This document shows positions 27,347 to 36,630 of a DNA stretch of 40,949 nt, piece after piece. The notes under the pieces are model-generated. The model did no database searches. It was not told the origin of the DNA and saw nothing but the letters and a program-made list of their open reading frames with translations. Position 1 is the stretch's first letter; every line of letters begins with the position of its first letter. The translations under genes and the position numbers were made by a program. Source of the DNA: Candidatus Freyarchaeota archaeon (GTDB lineage: Archaea > Asgardarchaeota > Jordiarchaeia > Jordiarchaeales > Jordiarchaeaceae); contig JAUQZE020000611.1 of assembly GCA_030587365.2 (NCBI GenBank), positions 1 to 40,949 of the forward strand, given 5' to 3'.

Positions 27347-28345
27347 TTATTTTTTGGTATTATTGCTGGACGGTTCAGGTTTCGCTTCTATTCCCAACCT
27401 CGCCTTAATTTCTTCCGCCAGTCTGGATGCTTCACCCGGACGAGCGTTATCAGTTATTACTAATTTCGGTTTACACTCTTCCACATACTTAATTAGTTGG
27501 TTAAAATCTGCATGTCCACTGAATGAAAAAATATACTCTCTTGATGAAACTTTTTTGTATGGTGTTCCAAATTGCCATCCTGTTAAATGTATGAAAACGG
27601 GATTCTCAGATATTTTAGGTCTTGATGATGGATGGTAAAACCCGATGTGCTGTTGCGATTTAGTTATTCTCCTCCCTAATTCACTATTTGAGGAGTAGAA
27701 CTCGCCTAGATGAATACCGTATTTTTCATAAATCTTTGAAATCAAGTAAACCTTCGGTGGGTTAATGAAGGGTACTTCAATTTTCTCCTTGCGAAGTAAA
27801 CTCATCACTTCTTGGAGCTTTCCATAGAATCCCAAGATGATAATTGAGTTATTATTCTCTAATTCTTCACGAACAAAATTAATTAATTCACGTCTAATAG
27901 TACTGGGGGGAGGTCGAATACAAGAGGGGTGACCGTACGTAGCATCTAAAACTAGAACGTCACACTTTATTGCCTGTATTTTCTCATAAACAAAATCGCT
28001 ACTATAAAGGTACCTTTCCCCATTCTCTGTTTCTACTAAGACTTGTGCTGCCCCAAGAATATGCCCAGAAGGATAAAGGGTAATAGTGTTCTTCTCGTAA
28101 TTGAGGGGGGTTCCATAGAGGGGAGTAACCATTTGTAATGGATACAGTCCCTCCATAACTTCAAGTAAATCCTTAGTGGCAGGAGTTGAGCAGATTAAAT
28201 CACATTCTCTAATACTCTTTTCTAATCCCTGAAGGTGATCTGAATGTACATGAGTTATAACTCTTATCTTACTGCCAGGAACATGCCCGTCGCAAATAAC
28301 TTTATCCAGTATAATGGCGCCTGAGTTTGTAATGCTCACTCCCAT
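27347..28345 (-). CDS. Metallo-beta-lactamase-fold hydrolase, beta-CASP-like nuclease candidate
   Basis: The HxHxDH motif is ITHVHSDHLQG. Later motifs GHILGAAQ, LVLDATYG and FSGHADFNQLIKYVEE resemble beta-CASP motifs A and B. Confidence 0.75.
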   Translation of the reverse strand: MGVSITNSGAIILDKVICDGHVPGSKIRVITHVHSDHLQGLEKSIRECDLICSTPATKDLLEVMEGLYPLQMVTPLYGTPLNYEKNTITLYPSGHILGAAQVLVETENGERYLYSSDFVYEKIQAIKCDVLVLDATYGHPSCIRPPPSTIRRELINFVREELENNNSIIILGFYGKLQEVMSLLRKEKIEVPFINPPKVYLISKIYEKYGIHLGEFYSSNSELGRRITKSQQHIGFYHPSSRPKISENPVFIHLTGWQFGTPYKKVSSREYIFSFSGHADFNQLIKYVEECKPKLVITDNARPGEASRLAEEIKARLGIEAKPEPSSNNTKK

Positions 28346-28507
28346 AAAATCAACCTACTGTTTAGAGCTATACCGGCTCCGTCTCGGATGCGATTGGAAT
28401 TTAAAAGTTGTTAATTCCTATAACTATACTATGAAATCAAGATTTTAGTGTTTATTGTTAAATATACTGGTATAAATATTTATGGAAGTTTTTGGAAATA
28501 GTTTCTG

Positions 28508-29203
28508 GTGTTCGAAGTGCAAAAAAGGCTGTTTGATGAGGCAATTTCCAGAAAAGATTTTATTGAAGCATATAGGATAGCAAAATACGTTTTGCAAGAT
28601 GAGAAAAAAGCTTGTGATCTTTACACAGCTGCTTTGGGTTCTATTGGAAAATTGATACAAACTGGTATGGACTTAAAAGAGAGGGGTGATTATGAGGAGG
28701 CGGCTAAACTTTTTTTGCGCTGTGCTGAATTTTTTGAAGGGGAGAGAGATTACGGTAGAGCAAGCGGGTTTTTTATAGAAGTTGGTGATTGCTTCTCAGC
28801 GACAAATAATGCGAACAAGGCGCGAGACAGTTTTGTGCGCGGATACGAACTTGCCATCCTGGACTGGAAAAATTTTAATCTTGCTAAGAAAATCGCTTCT
28901 CTGAGTGTGTTGCTCTTTGTCCTGACTTCTTTAATTAATGAAGATATGATAGGAGCAAAAAAGATCTTTAACCTAGTAAGATCTTCTTTAGAAGAGAAAG
29001 AGCGCCGAAAGTTGCGTAGGCAAGACTATTACTGGTTAGCCAAACAGATTTACACCTCTCTTCTTAAAGAGAGTAAACTAGACTGGGTGAATCTTAAAAA
29101 TATGCAAGCAAGATACGAGAAAACCGATTTTTTAACTCTGATGCAGGATCTATCCAAATCATATTATACAGTAAATAAGTTTCTAGAGAAATTTCAAAAA
29201 TGA
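28508..29203 (+). CDS. TPR-like helical-repeat protein, alpha-SNAP-like periodicity; function unknown
   Basis: A 231-aa all-helical pattern: ACDLYTAAL...GDYEEAAKLFLRCAEFFEGERDYGRASGFFIEVGDCFSATNNANKARDSFVRGYELA. The start is GTG and there is no upstream ATG. Confidence 0.6.
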   Translation: MFEVQKRLFDEAISRKDFIEAYRIAKYVLQDEKKACDLYTAALGSIGKLIQTGMDLKERGDYEEAAKLFLRCAEFFEGERDYGRASGFFIEVGDCFSATNNANKARDSFVRGYELAILDWKNFNLAKKIASLSVLLFVLTSLINEDMIGAKKIFNLVRSSLEEKERRKLRRQDYYWLAKQIYTSLLKESKLDWVNLKNMQARYEKTDFLTLMQDLSKSYYTVNKFLEKFQK

Positions 29204-29316
29204 ACATGGTAAATAGTCTTACTAATAAAAAAATATTAATCAATATTGATTGGTAACCCCACTGGATTTTAAAAAATCAATGTTTTACAAGACTAACCAT
29301 CGAGGCGTGGCTAAAT

Positions 29317-31299
29317 TTGGAAGAAGATAAAAAGCCCATTTTTGAAGTCTCCAAACATGATGGCCCAGGTAGAATTGGAAGAATAGAGTTAATAGATAAA
29401 AAAATTCTAACACCCTCAATTATCCATGCTAAATACCCTCATATAAATTATGTTTCTGAAGAAATGTTAATTTTTAATATTCTCCCTGACTCTTTAAAAG
29501 AAAACAGTTATTCGAATGTTTTTATGACAAACACGGCTAATCCTCTCATCTATGACAACTTAGATCAATGTTTGGAAGACCAATTAAAATTACAGCCAAA
29601 GATTTTAACAGTTCCATGCGGCCTTTTTTTAGAACTGGAACGGGAAGATACTAGAAAGTTTTTCGATAATCTACTTAAGAATTCTGTCTATTTCAAAGAA
29701 AGAGCTGAAAAAAGGTATCTCGCGGTTCCAATATTCTATTCAAGGTATTTCGATCTGTGTGAAAAACACATAGATGATCTCTCTCAACTAGGCTTTGACG
29801 TTTATATTTTGAAGAATATAGGTGATGTTATAGGGAATCCCCGTGAGTTGGTAGAATTTATCATAAAGGTCAGGGGAAAAATTTCGCCCAACTCTTTAGT
29901 TTATGTTCCGGGTCCAATTCATCCCGCATATTATTCTCATCTAGTTTATTTTGGCGTTGATATTTTCGATACAACACTTATGATACAGGAGGCAAGAAGA
30001 AATAATCTATTACAAGAAGTTGGGTCAAGAAAGGTTTGGGATCTAGTTGAACTTCCTTGCAACTGTGAGATATGTTCAACATACACTATTTCTGAATTAA
30101 GAGAGATGAATTCAAATGAACGCTTTTATAAATTATTGCAACATAATATTCTTTTTTCAACCTCTGTATTAAAAAAGATTAGGTTAGATATAAGAGAGGG
30201 ATTCCTGCGAGAGAGAGTGGAGCTATCATCACATTACTCGCCAGCAATGGCAGCCTCTCTTCGAATTATGGATAACACCCACTATAATTTTCTTGAGGAG
30301 TACACTCCAGTTGCTAAAAAGGGATTGGTTTGTTGTATAGGGTCGGAGTCCTATAATAGGCCGGAAATTAAACGATTCAGAATAAGGGTTTCAGAACGAT
30401 ATACCCCCATCATAGGCATCAAAACGGTAGTCATTTTGCCTTGTTCTGCAAAAAAGCCCTACTCACTTTCACAATCACATAAAAGGTTTAGAGAAGTTAT
30501 AAGAAGTGTTGGTAAGGGAATGATACAAGAGGTTATACTTTCATCCCCCCTTGGACTTGTTCCAAGAGAGCTAGAACAAGTTTATCCTGCTGCGCATTAT
30601 GATATTCCCGTAACAGGCGATTGGGATTACGAAGAAATAGAAATAGCCTCAAGTTCTCTATCAAAATATTTGGAAAAGCTAGATAAAGAAACGGTAGTAA
30701 TAGCACATTTAGATGGAGGATACCGCAAAGCCTGTTTAAAGGCTTCCGAGATTTCTGGAAAAGATATTATATTCACCGAGGTGAGCGGCAACATAGCTGG
30801 AGAAAAAAGCTTGTCTAGTTTAAAAAGAAATCTAGAGGAGTATGCTGACTTGTCAGGCTCTAAAAAGATTGGGGCAATAGACTGTTTAAGAAAAATCGCT
30901 GACTACCAATTCGGGATAGGCGCCGCAGAAAAGCTAATACCTAACTATGCAGATTTTAGGAGAGATAGGAGGGGAGATGTGAAAATTTTAGTAGACCAAA
31001 AATTAATTGCTGTATTTACCCCCATATTTGGTTTACTTAGAATGACCCTAAAAGGCGCCGAAAGGTTAGTTGGTCAAGGCTACTGGATAGAATTTGATGG
31101 AGATATTCTAGATGGGAAAAACCTTTTCGCTCCAGGCGTTAAAGATGCAGACCCACAGATTAGACCGGGAGACTCTGTAATGATCTATAATGCGGAAAAA
31201 GAACTAATTGCTGTGGGGATATCTAATATGAGTGGATCCGAGATGAAACAATGTAAAAAAGGTGTTGCCGTTTTTCTCACCGAGAAAAAGAAGGATTAA
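29317..31299 (+). CDS. arcS: Archaeosine synthase ArcS (TGT-like domain + DUF5591 + PUA)
   Basis: A TGT-like N-terminus (HDGPGRIGRIEL...TPS). A Zn motif CNCEICS...H. The ArcS-specific PC-x3-KPY-x2-S-x2-H motif is present exactly (LPCSAKKPYSLSQSH). The C-terminus is PUA-like (IRPGDSVMIYNAEKELIAVGISNMSG). The start is TTG. Confidence 0.88.
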   Translation: MEEDKKPIFEVSKHDGPGRIGRIELIDKKILTPSIIHAKYPHINYVSEEMLIFNILPDSLKENSYSNVFMTNTANPLIYDNLDQCLEDQLKLQPKILTVPCGLFLELEREDTRKFFDNLLKNSVYFKERAEKRYLAVPIFYSRYFDLCEKHIDDLSQLGFDVYILKNIGDVIGNPRELVEFIIKVRGKISPNSLVYVPGPIHPAYYSHLVYFGVDIFDTTLMIQEARRNNLLQEVGSRKVWDLVELPCNCEICSTYTISELREMNSNERFYKLLQHNILFSTSVLKKIRLDIREGFLRERVELSSHYSPAMAASLRIMDNTHYNFLEEYTPVAKKGLVCCIGSESYNRPEIKRFRIRVSERYTPIIGIKTVVILPCSAKKPYSLSQSHKRFREVIRSVGKGMIQEVILSSPLGLVPRELEQVYPAAHYDIPVTGDWDYEEIEIASSSLSKYLEKLDKETVVIAHLDGGYRKACLKASEISGKDIIFTEVSGNIAGEKSLSSLKRNLEEYADLSGSKKIGAIDCLRKIADYQFGIGAAEKLIPNYADFRRDRRGDVKILVDQKLIAVFTPIFGLLRMTLKGAERLVGQGYWIEFDGDILDGKNLFAPGVKDADPQIRPGDSVMIYNAEKELIAVGISNMSGSEMKQCKKGVAVFLTEKKKD

Positions 31300-31301
31300 A
31301 A

Positions 31302-32384
31302 ATGCTTGGATATAATGATTCTGAATTATCCAATAAGATATTTCAAATCCGTCAAAAAAGTCTAAACAGATACAGGGAGGACTTTACCAGAAGGCCTGTA
31401 AAATTCTGGTTGGAAAGGGACAGATTGTTAAATAAGGTTGGAACATCTCTAGTAGTTATTCTAGCTACAAGAGGCTGCAGCTGGGCATTATCAGATAAGG
31501 GAGGCTGCTCCATGTGCGGGTACATCTATGACGCGCCTATTACTGTCCCTGATTCCGAATCTTTAATTAAACAATTTGATTTGGCTTATGATGCCTGCCG
31601 CTCAGTTGAAGATTCCCTAGCTATCAAAATTTTCACTTCTGGAAGCTTTTTGGACGAGCTGGAGGTCCCTAAAGCCGCAAGAAGAGCTATTTTTAAAAAA
31701 ATCGCGTCAGATGAACGGGTTGAGGAAGTAATTGTGGAAACAAGGCCGCAGTATGTGAATTATGAAATTTTAAGCGAATGCCGCGACATACTAAGGGACA
31801 TCTATTTAGAGATAGGAATTGGCCTTGAAACAAGTAACGATGAAATCAGGAATCATTACATAAACAAAGGCTTTAACCTAAATGAATTTGAGAGAGCTGT
31901 TTCAATAGCTAACAAAAGCGGGGTCGGTGTAAAATCATACATACTTATTAAGCCACCATTTCTAAGGGAAAGAGAAGCCATAATAGATTCTATACGATCT
32001 GCTGAGGACTCCTTTAAAATCGGCGTAAACTCCATATCCTTTAATCCCTGCACAGTTCACAGAGGCACCCTAGTAGAATACCTTTGGAATCAGGGTAAGT
32101 ATAGGCCTCCATGGCTTTGGAGTGTGATTGAAATCCTGAAAATTATCACTAAGAATCTAACTAAAAACAAAAGAATCATCTGCAGTTTAGTAGGGATAGG
32201 AAGCGAAAAGGGCCCGCACAACTGTGGAAAATGTGATAAAAGAATTAAAGACCTTCTAGCTGAATTCACATTAAATCAAAACCCAGAAGTACTGCTAAAG
32301 GCCGAATGTGACTGTAAAAGTGAGTGGCGTGACTACTGTGAAGAAGAATTTATTTGGAACAGGACGCCCGATAAATACAAGTAG
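31302..32384 (+). CDS. Radical SAM enzyme for archaeosine synthesis (RaSEA, TIGR01210-like)
   Basis: The Cys cluster is LATRGCSWALSDKGGCSMCGY. The gene starts 2 nt after arcS, and the ArcS-RaSEA pairing is established. Confidence 0.8.
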   Translation: MLGYNDSELSNKIFQIRQKSLNRYREDFTRRPVKFWLERDRLLNKVGTSLVVILATRGCSWALSDKGGCSMCGYIYDAPITVPDSESLIKQFDLAYDACRSVEDSLAIKIFTSGSFLDELEVPKAARRAIFKKIASDERVEEVIVETRPQYVNYEILSECRDILRDIYLEIGIGLETSNDEIRNHYINKGFNLNEFERAVSIANKSGVGVKSYILIKPPFLREREAIIDSIRSAEDSFKIGVNSISFNPCTVHRGTLVEYLWNQGKYRPPWLWSVIEILKIITKNLTKNKRIICSLVGIGSEKGPHNCGKCDKRIKDLLAEFTLNQNPEVLLKAECDCKSEWRDYCEEEFIWNRTPDKYK

Positions 32385-32492
32385 TATTAAGGAATCTTTA
32401 AATTTTTTTCAAAGATAAATGGGTAGACTTATTTTCAAAAATGAGTATACTAATAAATAGATTGGACACAGAAAAATGTGGAGGATTAAAAG

Positions 32493-33029
32493 ATGAGTCC
32501 GATAATTGTGTTTCAGGAAAAAAAACCAAAGATACATAAAGATGCATATGTGAGCCCACAAGCCACCTTGATAGGAGATGTTGAAGTAGGAGAATACTCA
32601 AACATTTGGCCGGGTAGCGTAATCAGGGGAGACTTTTCAAAAGTGCAAATCGGTGCCTACACTAATATTCAAGACGGATGCGTTATTCACGCCCACTCAG
32701 AGGACGCGCCAGTCATCTTGGGAAACTTTGTCAGCGTTGGAAGCAATGTGGTGATGCATGGTTGTTATTGTGGAGACGCAGTTACGATAGGTGACGGCGT
32801 AATAATATATGAAGGCGTAACTATCGGAGAAGGAGCCTTCGTTGCCCCAGGATCCATTCTGGTACAAAACATGGTCGTACCCCCCCGGTTATCTGTTTCA
32901 GGCGCGCCGGCAAAACAAGTCCGAGAATTGTCAAGAGAAGATATAACAAGACAAAAAGAAAGAGCCGAAATCATCGCCAGAGTATTTCACAAACTCCGCA
33001 GATGGTTACCTTCAGAGTCAACATTCTAA
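32493..33029 (+). CDS. Gamma-class carbonic anhydrase family / hexapeptide-repeat protein
   Basis: The left-handed beta-helix repeats are IHKDAYVSPQATLIGDVEVGEYSNIWPGSVIRGD...IGAYTNIQDGCVIHAH...VMHG. The His positions fit the Cam/YrdA family. GGAGG lies upstream. Confidence 0.85.
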   Translation: MSPIIVFQEKKPKIHKDAYVSPQATLIGDVEVGEYSNIWPGSVIRGDFSKVQIGAYTNIQDGCVIHAHSEDAPVILGNFVSVGSNVVMHGCYCGDAVTIGDGVIIYEGVTIGEGAFVAPGSILVQNMVVPPRLSVSGAPAKQVRELSREDITRQKERAEIIARVFHKLRRWLPSESTF

Positions 33030-33635
33030 GTTTCACTCCATATTTTCTAACAGTTAGGCAGTTACTCTAAAAGTAATAATCAGCCCCTACATAGATTAGA
33101 AGGAACGCATAAAGCCTGATGGCCAGCTACAGAACTATTAAAATTAATCTACAACTCTTTTTTTCAACAATTATCCTCTAACATAATTATTAACTCTAAC
33201 TTGTAAGTTAAAAATGTCAGTTCCCATATTTGCTTTTCTACAACTATCTTACTAAGACGCTTTTATTACTTGTTTTAACCCTAAAATACCTATTTAATTT
33301 AGTCCTCAATTTTACTCGCAAATATTTTTGTTACGTCCGAGTGAACCCTACACTAGGCGAATTTTCCATAAACGTCTTTTTTCATTTTCCAAACTCTATA
33401 TTTCTCTCTTGAAGGTATTATGAAACTCAATTAAAGCCTGTTCCACAAAGACTAGTACTATTTTTCCCGGCTTGCCAAACTTAAAAACAAAGGGTGCAGA
33501 AGACAGTTTATGTACGTTTTCAGATTATTCTCTAACTGCCTCTTTCGTCGAATAATGTCCAAACTATAATTGAAGAGGTTTAGGGGGGGCAATTACAAAA
33601 AGAGGGTGAATAGCTGAATAGAACTAATATGTACT

Positions 33636-34424
33636 TTATGACGAGAAAAGTTTTTCTAGTTGATTAACAGCGGATTCAGTCCATATGGTTAGCCTTCCTG
33701 GCGTGGTTCCTGGTGCTAATAGTTCTGCATTTAAGTTTTTTACATTTACTATGTCTAAGCCGGGATGATTTCTTGATGCTTTAACTATACCTTGATCTTC
33801 ATTTATCACTATTAGTACACTTTTGGGCTTCTTGTATTTTCTTCCACGACTTTTTCCTCTTCCCGATCTGATCTTCTTGCCATTTTTGGCCCTCAGTATG
33901 TCAGGCCACACGCCTAATTTGATAAACAGGTTTCTTGTTTCGGAGGTGGTGCTAATGTTCTGTACTTCGTCAGACACTATTAGGGGTAACTCTGGTACCT
34001 TTTCGATTAAATGTCCTCTCTTTTTAACTATCTCAGGTTTCGCAGTGGCAGCTATAGCTGAGCAGATTGCTAATTTTCTTTCTTTCTTATTGATTTTCTC
34101 TAGGTATCTTTTTTCTGGTTTGGGTGGGTGTGCTCTTCTGCCTCCTACCGCCATGGTTACCAGCGCGCCACGCATAGCCGCGGGATACCGTGAACCCTTT
34201 ACTCTAGGCGTTCTAGAGATACCCAAACCGGGGCCCCGAGATTCAGCAGTTGTTCGTTTACCTGCATTTTCATTTACTCCATAGGGTTGAATCCTCGCAG
34301 TCATTGAGGACAATACTGCTCTTTTAATGAGATCTGGCCTATATGGTGTGGTGAATACCTCGGGTAGTTTAATGCTGCGTATCGGTTCTCCATTAAGTCC
34401 ATAAACGTTAACTTTTTTCGCCAA
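33636..34424 (-). CDS. rpl4: Ribosomal protein uL4
   Basis: VNVYGLNGEPI...RPDLIKRAV...QPYGVNENAGKRTTAESRGPGLGISRTPRVKG. The start is TTG, with GAGGAAG upstream. Confidence 0.95.
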   Translation of the reverse strand: MAKKVNVYGLNGEPIRSIKLPEVFTTPYRPDLIKRAVLSSMTARIQPYGVNENAGKRTTAESRGPGLGISRTPRVKGSRYPAAMRGALVTMAVGGRRAHPPKPEKRYLEKINKKERKLAICSAIAATAKPEIVKKRGHLIEKVPELPLIVSDEVQNISTTSETRNLFIKLGVWPDILRAKNGKKIRSGRGKSRGRKYKKPKSVLIVINEDQGIVKASRNHPGLDIVNVKNLNAELLAPGTTPGRLTIWTESAVNQLEKLFSS

Positions 34425-34438
34425 TTGAATCGCTTCCT

Positions 34439-35449
34439 CTAAACTCCTTGTTTGGATTCAATACTTATATAGGAAATTTGGGGTGCTTTTTCGGGTATGT
34501 TGATTTGCGGTCTTATCGGATAACGAAGGGTTATTAGTCGCTTAGAGGGTCCAGGTACAGTGCCCTGTATTAAGATATAGTCTCCTCGCACCAGGCCATA
34601 ACGTATGAATCCGCCCTGTGGGGTAACTTCTTCTCCTTTTTCACCGATTTTTAAGATTCTCTTGTTATATTCTGTGCGTTGATGATAGCCCATTTGTCCG
34701 GGTCGGGGAACTGTATAAGATACTCTAGCTGGCCTCCATGGACCAATTGCGCCCACTCCTCTTTTTGTTTTTCTGGATTTATGCTGTAGTCTACGAACCC
34801 CCCATCTTTTTACTGCTCCTTGAAAACCCTTCCCTTTGGTTACCCCAATAACGTCAACGTATTGTCCCTCTTTGAAGATCTCGTTGATTCGGATTTGTTT
34901 TCCCAGAATTTGTTTTGCATAATTTATTTGTTCCTCTATTGAGCCGCCCCCGATTTTGATTTCTACTATGTCTGGTTTTTTCTTAGGCACACCGGTCATC
35001 CGTGGTTGAGTGTGAACTAAGGCTCGAATCTCAGATATTTTTTCTTTTTGTTCTTCTAGGTAATTTAGATTTTTCTCATAATTATAATCCTGCGGGAGGG
35101 TAAAATCTCTCTTCAAGTCATTTGACAGTTCTGGTGCCCAAACTTCTGTAAGTGTTTTTAAACCATAGGGAGTTAAACTGTAGGCTCTTATTCCGAAAAC
35201 CACGAGAGGAGGAGTCTCGATTACAGTCGCTGCAAACACTCTCTCTTGTCCAAAATAAGGGCTGTTTGGCTTGTCTTCAATTAGCATAACATGTGTCATT
35301 CCCGCTTTGTATCCTGCAGCGCCAAGCATAGTCGTTGATTCTGCATATTTGGGCCATCTTCTAACGCGTCCTATAGGACTAGAGGCTCTTCCTCTAGGTA
35401 GATATGCTAGACTTCCTCTCTTCGGCGCATGTGTCTTACGATGCCCCAA
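34439..35449 (-). CDS. rpl3: Ribosomal protein uL3
   Basis: GHRKTHAPKRGSLAYLPRGRA...GVTKGKGFQGAVKRWGV. The start is TTG, with AGGAGG 8 nt upstream. Confidence 0.95.
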   Translation of the reverse strand: MGHRKTHAPKRGSLAYLPRGRASSPIGRVRRWPKYAESTTMLGAAGYKAGMTHVMLIEDKPNSPYFGQERVFAATVIETPPLVVFGIRAYSLTPYGLKTLTEVWAPELSNDLKRDFTLPQDYNYEKNLNYLEEQKEKISEIRALVHTQPRMTGVPKKKPDIVEIKIGGGSIEEQINYAKQILGKQIRINEIFKEGQYVDVIGVTKGKGFQGAVKRWGVRRLQHKSRKTKRGVGAIGPWRPARVSYTVPRPGQMGYHQRTEYNKRILKIGEKGEEVTPQGGFIRYGLVRGDYILIQGTVPGPSKRLITLRYPIRPQINIPEKAPQISYISIESKQGV

Positions 35450-35554
35450 CTTGTTAACCTCCTGAATTACAAATTTTAGGTGAATAAAATCCTTACATTA
35501 GCATAATATTTTTTATGATTACTCCCAAGATTTTTTTATACTTCGTCCAACAGG

Positions 35555-36280
35555 CTACTTCCGCTGTTTTCTTCCAGTCTTGCGTGGAGCTATTAGACCA
35601 ACTTTTTGGCCCGGAGGCGCGGTTCTAGGAACAGTAGAAGGGCCTCCTACATGTTGGTGACTTCCTCCACCATGTGGATGTGATACCGCATTCATGGCTA
35701 CGCCGCGTACTTTGGGCCATTTCCAGCTTTTTGCTTTTGAGAGATAATATACGCTACCTGCTTTTATGAAAGGCTTATCAGTACGTCCTCCGCCGGCAAC
35801 CACTCCTATAGTGGCGTAGCAGTTGGGATTGAATGCCTTTATTTTGTTTGAGGGAAGCCGGACCATTACTTTATCTTCGCTGTGAGTAAGAATCGTCGCG
35901 TAAGTTCCCGAAGAGCGAACAAATTTTCCACCGTCTCCGGGCACTCCCTCTAAATTGAAGATGGGTACTCCTTCAGGGATTTCGCGAAGTGGAAGGGTAT
36001 TACCCAGTCCTAGGCTAGCTTCCGCTCCGTACTCAATCCTTTGTCCTACGAAGGCGCCTTCAGGTACAAGGATCCATTGCTCCCTGTCATCTTCAAATCT
36101 TACCCTGGCCAGCGGCGCGCCTCTTCCTGATTCATGTGATAATTCCCTGATTATGCCAGACACTATTTTTCTGTCTTTTTCGGTAGGGTGGTGTTTAACT
36201 TCGCCTTTCCGTTTATGACTGGGTGCTCGGAAGTTTGAGCCGCCTCTGCCCCGTCTCTGAACAATTAATCGTCTGCCCAT
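35555..36280 (-). CDS. rpl2: Ribosomal protein uL2
   Basis: MGRRLIVQRRGRGG...GVAMNAVSHPHGGG. The second ATG (36280) is preferred because the first ATG is itself part of the GGAGG motif 8 nt upstream of it. Confidence 0.95.
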   Translation of the reverse strand: MGRRLIVQRRGRGGSNFRAPSHKRKGEVKHHPTEKDRKIVSGIIRELSHESGRGAPLARVRFEDDREQWILVPEGAFVGQRIEYGAEASLGLGNTLPLREIPEGVPIFNLEGVPGDGGKFVRSSGTYATILTHSEDKVMVRLPSNKIKAFNPNCYATIGVVAGGGRTDKPFIKAGSVYYLSKAKSWKWPKVRGVAMNAVSHPHGGGSHQHVGGPSTVPRTAPPGQKVGLIAPRKTGRKQRK

Positions 36281-36630
36281 GAGTAGAACCTCCATTGGAA
36301 AAGTAAATTTAGGAGTTCAAGCTGGATATTGATTCGATATTTAAAAAGTTTTTGAATTAAGTATTATCTATCTTGACATTTTTAGTCTTATTTGAAGTTG
36401 ATTGTACAACTCTTTTTGTGTTTCTCCCTAGAACTCTGTTTTTTTCCTCAGATTAATTTTTAATTGGAATTATACAGATACTATAAAGGATACATAAAGC
36501 TTTTCATAAATCCAAATCAACCATAGACATAAATGTAAGTTTTAATGTTTTATATTTAAAAGTGACGCGTTGGTATTGTAAAAATTGTTTTTAATTAAAA
36601 ATGCGTTATTTTTTGAGTGGAGATGCACTA

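Noticed and set aside
33056-33541. 9-bp inverted match (aggcagtta at 33056-33064 and taactgcct at 33533-33541) that might flank a MITE-like element
   Set aside because: The match does not extend convincingly beyond 9 bp, no target-site duplication is visible, and no second copy occurs in the window. It is compatible with chance in 600 bp.
36296-36630. AT-rich divergent spacer next to polD as a possible replication origin
   Set aside because: There are no repeated ORB-like elements and no adjacent orc1/cdc6 gene. It is adequately explained as two divergent promoters.
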